From positions 62,001 through 126,000 of the forward strand of contig QPGO01000092.1 of assembly GCA_008632985.1 (NCBI GenBank): a stretch of DNA of 64,000 nt, read 5' to 3'. How positions within the stretch are numbered: the stretch's first letter is position 1; each line of letters starts with the position of its first letter. The DNA comes from Psammoneis japonica (Eukaryota). The notes under the pieces were generated by a model. It was not told the origin of the DNA. It saw nothing but the letters and a program-made list of their open reading frames with translations, and searched no databases. A program made the position numbers and the translations under genes. This document shows, in pieces, positions 59,391 to 64,000 of this stretch.

Positions 59391-61769
59391 CAACTTTTTG
59401 TGAGGAGAAATGTGCCAAGTCCATTTGGATGCGCTTCTTTTTCTGACGTTGTCTCATGTTCCCACATCGGCATTTTCGATGCGAGCACACGATGACAACA
59501 ACAAAGCATGCTTGCATGTGTCATGGCCACAAGCTGTGAGGCATGCCGTCACATTTTGATTGAACTCGGGGATCTTGATTTCGAAAGCAGCCATTTGTTT
59601 GACATCGTGATTTTTCATCGCCCACAAATCGGGATTTCAACTGAGTCGAGTTGATGTTGGACGTGCTTCAAAGCAGTGCATTTGATGAAACAATTTGGGG
59701 CTCTGGAATTATGGCATTTATGCCATGGAGACTCAAAACAGCAAATGGGTTGACAATCAAGTAGTGATCAGGCTTGCCAACATTTCCAAAAATGTGACAA
59801 CAAAAATTGCATCACTCAACAACCAACAACCCTTCAAGAGAAAGAAACAAGAAAAGTGACTCCTCTTTGCACTTGAACCAAAAGAGACAAGAATGCACAA
59901 CAAACATTTGAGAAGGACAAGAAGCTCTTGAATGCATGAAACAAGAAGAGAGTCAATGAATTGCTCTTGTTTTGAACGTCTTGCCCTGTTCTGTCCATGT
60001 GTGATGGTGGTTGGTTGAAAGGTTGGTTGTGGTTTTTTTGTGTGACTTGCAGCTTGAGGCATGTTGGTGCATGAACACATGGCCCATGTGCGGTGTGTCA
60101 CCTTTGGAATGTGCCACTTGCGAGGCTTGAGTGGACAGCTCTCTGTGCTGAGCTTTGTCTGCCAAATGCTGAGTCTAAGTGCAGATGCTGCCCCATCCCA
60201 CCCAACCATGCATTGACAAAACAGTTCTTGCAAAAATTGTTGCCTGTTTCCTTCTTCCTCTGAAGAGCAGCTCTCTTGGTGACAGTGCTGCCCACATGCC
60301 AGACTGTGCTCAAAAATGCTTTCCAACCTGCCAGCCAAGACACCCAACTCGGGGTTGTGTGGGCTCGAATCTCTCTCAAGACAAGCCAACATTTCTGGCA
60401 CTGATGGCAATGCTGAGCCCTCCTGCCTGTTTGACTTCCCAGGGGTGTGCCCAGACCTCCTGCATGCTGGCTCAACCACAAGAGTTGCTGTTTTTGTTGG
60501 CTTTGTCAGCAGGATGTGCCAAGGCTGCTCTGGCCATGTGTGCCTGGCTGATGCCACAATGCAAGGAGACAGCTGCAACAGCACTTTCTGTTGTCAGCAA
60601 AGAGTGTGAGCTGGCTGGACTGCCCAACCCCACACTTCACAGCTCCTTGGCAGTCACTCCAAATCAAGCGCCAACTTGGGGTCAACTGCACCTGACTGGC
60701 TGCAATGCAAAGACAGCTGTGGCATCACTTTGTGACAACAAAGAGAGTGTGAGCTGGCTCCCAACCCCACACTTCACAGCCCCTCAGCACTGGCTCCCAA
60801 TCAAATGCCAACTTGATGCCAATGGCCATGAAGCCATTGTTGCAATCCCTGTGCCTGGCCCATCACACAGCTTTGCACAGGGTCAACATGTGTGGCCTTT
60901 GCAAGATGGGCCCCTGGCTGACTGCTGACTGCTGACTTCTCAGCCATGGCTTGCACAACAAGCCGCCACAACACAGAGCATTTTGGGGCAAGTGCAGCAC
61001 AGCTTGAACAAGCAAACCATGCTGAGATCACCCAGAGTCAGCGCTGCTGTCCTGGGGCTCCATTCAAAGCTGAGCTGGGCTGCTGCTTGGCTCCTTGGTG
61101 CACAGCACATGCTTGGCATCACATTGTTGCCAAGCAGCCACATGGCATGTGCGCCCACCATTTGTGCACCTGCAACAGCAACTCCTGGCCACAAAGAAGC
61201 CAACAAAAAGTCAAACCTGCTTTTTTGGTTGAAGAGTGAAGAAACTGTGAGCAAAGTTGGGTTCAAGAATTGCTGGCAATGCCAAGTGGGCAACCAAAGA
61301 GAGGTGCCAAAAATGGCTGTTCTCGCTCATTTCTCAAGAGGAGCTTGTGCTCATGATGCAGGGTCTGAAGCAAGCACCAGTCAAGATGACAGTTTCTTTC
61401 TCTGCCCCACCCAAAACAAAGCCTTTGAGTCAATGTGGTGCTCTTTCAACAATTGACGCACACTGGGAGGAGCAGCAGCTGGAGCCACGGCAGCTGGCCT
61501 GGCAGGGCTTGGCTGACAACCAAGCTGGGCTGCTCAGCTTGGTGGCACACACTCAGCGTCACATTGTCTCCCTCTCCTGCAGCTGCAGTGTGCCCCACTC
61601 TTTGCACCTGCAGCAACCACCCTGGACCAAAAAAAGCCAGTGCAACTCTGGCCTTGGTTGTGTGTTCAATGGTCGAATCTCCCCTCCTTTTTCCCTTTTC
61701 CTTCAGCCGGCCACAAACATGAAAAAAATGCCAGAACAACGCAAAAATTCTGCGATTGGCAAATTTGAG

Positions 61770-61970
61770 TGATGGGTCAGACTGCACCACCTTTTTAGAC
61801 AGAGCTGGACAGTTTTCTCTGAGATCTGCTTCTCACTCTGTTTCTTGCCAGCACACCACATGTTGCTGCTGCTGCTGCTGCATCAGAGCGTGCATCACAG
61901 TGATCCAGACCTGCTTTCTTGTGGCTGGTGATTTTTTTCCTGAAAAATTCCACGGTTTCAGACCTTGACA
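61770..61970 (+). mobile_element. LTR remnant related to 42975-43075
   Basis: caccacctttttaga...cagttt.ctctg.gatctgc.tctcactctgtttcttgc...cagcacaccacatgt is shared. Ends in tgaca. Confidence 0.55.
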
Positions 61971-62499
61971 GCTGCGTGCATGGCGGTCATTTGTCAACCA
62001 CAACAGACAATGGCATTGTTGCCATGAAGCCCAAACTGATCCTGTGAGAACAACAACATCACCATGAAACTGCCACACAGTTTTTCACCATGCTGGCAGC
62101 TCCCAAAAGTCTGCCCTTTTGAAATGCAGCTTCTGCACAATTTTTGCACTGGTGCATCTCATGAGCCATGGGCTTTTTTACATGATTTTGTGTGTGGAAT
62201 TTGTGCAATGGAAATGACGCCAAACATCTCATGAGCCAGCAGCTTTTTTGGGATTTGTTGTGCACACAATGCACCAGATTCTTGCACGCAGATGTAAAGG
62301 CAGAAGAGACAAACAAACATGCTGGGAGCTTCTGTGAGATTCTACGCAATTGGGCAGACTTTTGCAGTGAGCAGACTTTTGGGAGCTGCCAGCATGAGAT
62401 CGCCTGCCCTTGTTTCCCGCAAAACTCATTGGTCAACAGCAATGCTGGTCATCAGAACGTTTGCGAACATGATTCAAATTTAACTTCATTTTGACAATG

Positions 62500-63860
62500 C
62501 ATTGTGCTTGATGTTTGTCAATGAACACCACCTTGTTTGCTTTGCCACTTTGCAAAGCTCATCAATGAACACCACTTCACTTCTTTGCCGTTGGCCTTTC
62601 TGCATTGTTGACGATGTGCTCTGCTCCCTTGCCAGATCAGTGTGGCATCTCGACTGTCCTTGCTTTCTTCTCCATCTTCTTTGTCATCATTCTGCCTTTC
62701 CTTTTCCATGTTTTCTTCCTCACTGTCCTTGTCTTTGCCAGAAAGCTCTGTCATTGCTTGTGTTTGCATCTCCAACTCTGCTGGTTTTCTCTTTGTTTTT
62801 GCTCCCTTGCCCTTTCCATCACTCAGCCTCTTTTTTCCTTTGCTGCACCATGTGTTGAACTGCTCACCTGGGTGACTTGCATGCCCTGTCTTCCTTCACC
62901 TCTGCAAGCAGGTCATTGAATCTTTTGGTTCCTTCATCCTTCCAAGAGTCATGCTGTCATGCTGAGTCTGTGCATGGGGGCACCGGCTTCACATCCTTCT
63001 CCTCTTCTTCATTTCCTTCTTGAATGTTCCCATCCTTCATGGCCTTGTGCTCCCAAATCTTCCAGCAGTTTTCCATCTTCAACAGTCCCAGAGCCTTGTT
63101 GCTTGCCAAAGTCAGCTCTGAAGCCTTGGCGTTTCCTGACTCCACCATCTTTCTCCACACTGCAGTGCTCTGTGTGAACTTTAGAACCTTGTCACAGAAC
63201 CATGTGCATGCTTCCTTGTTCACCCGCTTTTCACTCACAATGGTCTCCACTGTCTCTTCTTCCCAAGTTGCCAGGAATGGTTCTTCAGTTAATGCAGCTT
63301 GCTTCTTGTTCTTCTTTTTGTTCTGGTGTTTTCTTGCAGCTTTCTTTTGTTGCTTGCAGATTCCCTTGGCTTCCTGTTCTGTCAATGCCGCTGCAGTGAA
63401 TGAGCATTTCGACAGCTGCGCTGCAGCCAACACCTCCTTTTCCATGATCCCCGCAGCACTCACCTCTTGTTGCACTCTTCGTCATTGTCCAGGTGACAGT
63501 GTTCCTCTTTGTGTTTGTTGCATTGAGGGTGCACTTTTTCACCCAGTCTTCCCACAATCCTGCACAGTCTCACTTGCTGAACCTGCTCTTGGCTGTGTTT
63601 TTCCATGTCAGCCATGACACCTTGCCTCCACTCACCAGGTCTGCCTTGACAAGGAATTTTGCCCTTGGGAACAGTTCTTTCCAAGCCACCTCCTCAACCT
63701 CTCTCTTCAGAGATTGGTGATCTCCAGCAGCTCCCACTCTCAACAATGCTGCTGCTGACCTTGGGCTGTTTGGCTGCTCTTCAGCAGCCCCCTCCTTCCT
63801 TTTCTTTTTCTTTGGCATGACACAAATGTTGCAGACTGCAATCTGTTGTCAAAATGTGTG
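62500..63860 (-). pseudogene. Hypermutated ORF relic, probably a TE accessory gene
   Basis: Protein-like fragments (CTWFCDKVLKF...W...SNKALGLLKMENCWKIW...PPCT) with Cys at likely Tyr positions, interrupted by TGA stops and frameshifts. Confidence 0.4.
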
Positions 63861-64000
63861 GCAGCAATCATGCACAGCTCATTCTGATGTGGATGATTGC
63901 CGTTGCAATGTGAGGAGATGCTCTTGCCAATGCTTGTGATCCTTCAACTGCTGCCACAAACAATGAAAACAACCAAAATTGGGGTTGTGCATGTTTTCCA

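Noticed and set aside
55560..59760. Terminal inverted repeats of the pogo-like element
   Set aside because: No convincing pair found by eye; mutation may have erased them.
42428..60781. Short local duplications (42428/42547, ~48851/48885, ~60600/60743)
   Set aside because: Ordinary slippage duplications within decayed repeats, with no spacer structure.
34364..64000. Many Cys/His-rich ORFs as metallothioneins or zinc-finger genes
   Set aside because: They arise from TG/CA saturation and loss of TAA/TAG, overlap in all frames and map onto decayed TE proteins.
1..64000. tRNA/rRNA genes
   Set aside because: None recognised by eye; a tRNAscan-SE or Infernal run would be needed to exclude them.

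Overview
Eukaryotic nuclear DNA, most likely from a pennate diatom. Evidence: short GT-AG introns, helicase-associated (HA) domain proteins, bipartite plastid-targeting presequences and a CoDi-type Ty1/copia element. The first 34 kb is gene-rich: two tandem metallophosphoesterases, an HA-domain relic with a 75-bp repeat, a coiled-coil protein, a ~1900-aa disordered protein, PPR-SMR, SWEET, GH99-like, HA-repeat protein, AMBRA1-like WD40, MscS and APC6/CDC16. The last 30 kb is mostly decayed transposons (full-length copia with LTRs/PBS/PPT/TSD, P-like and pogo-like transposase relics, further LTR fragments) around one intact cytochrome P450. The main signal is that four sharply bounded blocks (~3.4-4.76, ~30.3-31.27, ~34.35-49.85, ~52.45-64 kb) have lost nearly all TpA and most CpG, both converted to TpG/CpA (Tyr->Cys/His, Arg->Cys/His/Gln in conserved TE motifs). 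This looks like a transposon-directed, RIP-like hypermutation process, but it includes A:T->G:C at TpA, the opposite of fungal RIP. No candidate enzyme is in the window, and I cannot check from the sequence whether the phenomenon is already described. Several single-base frameshifts in host genes are probably assembly errors. All counts and alignments were made by eye.
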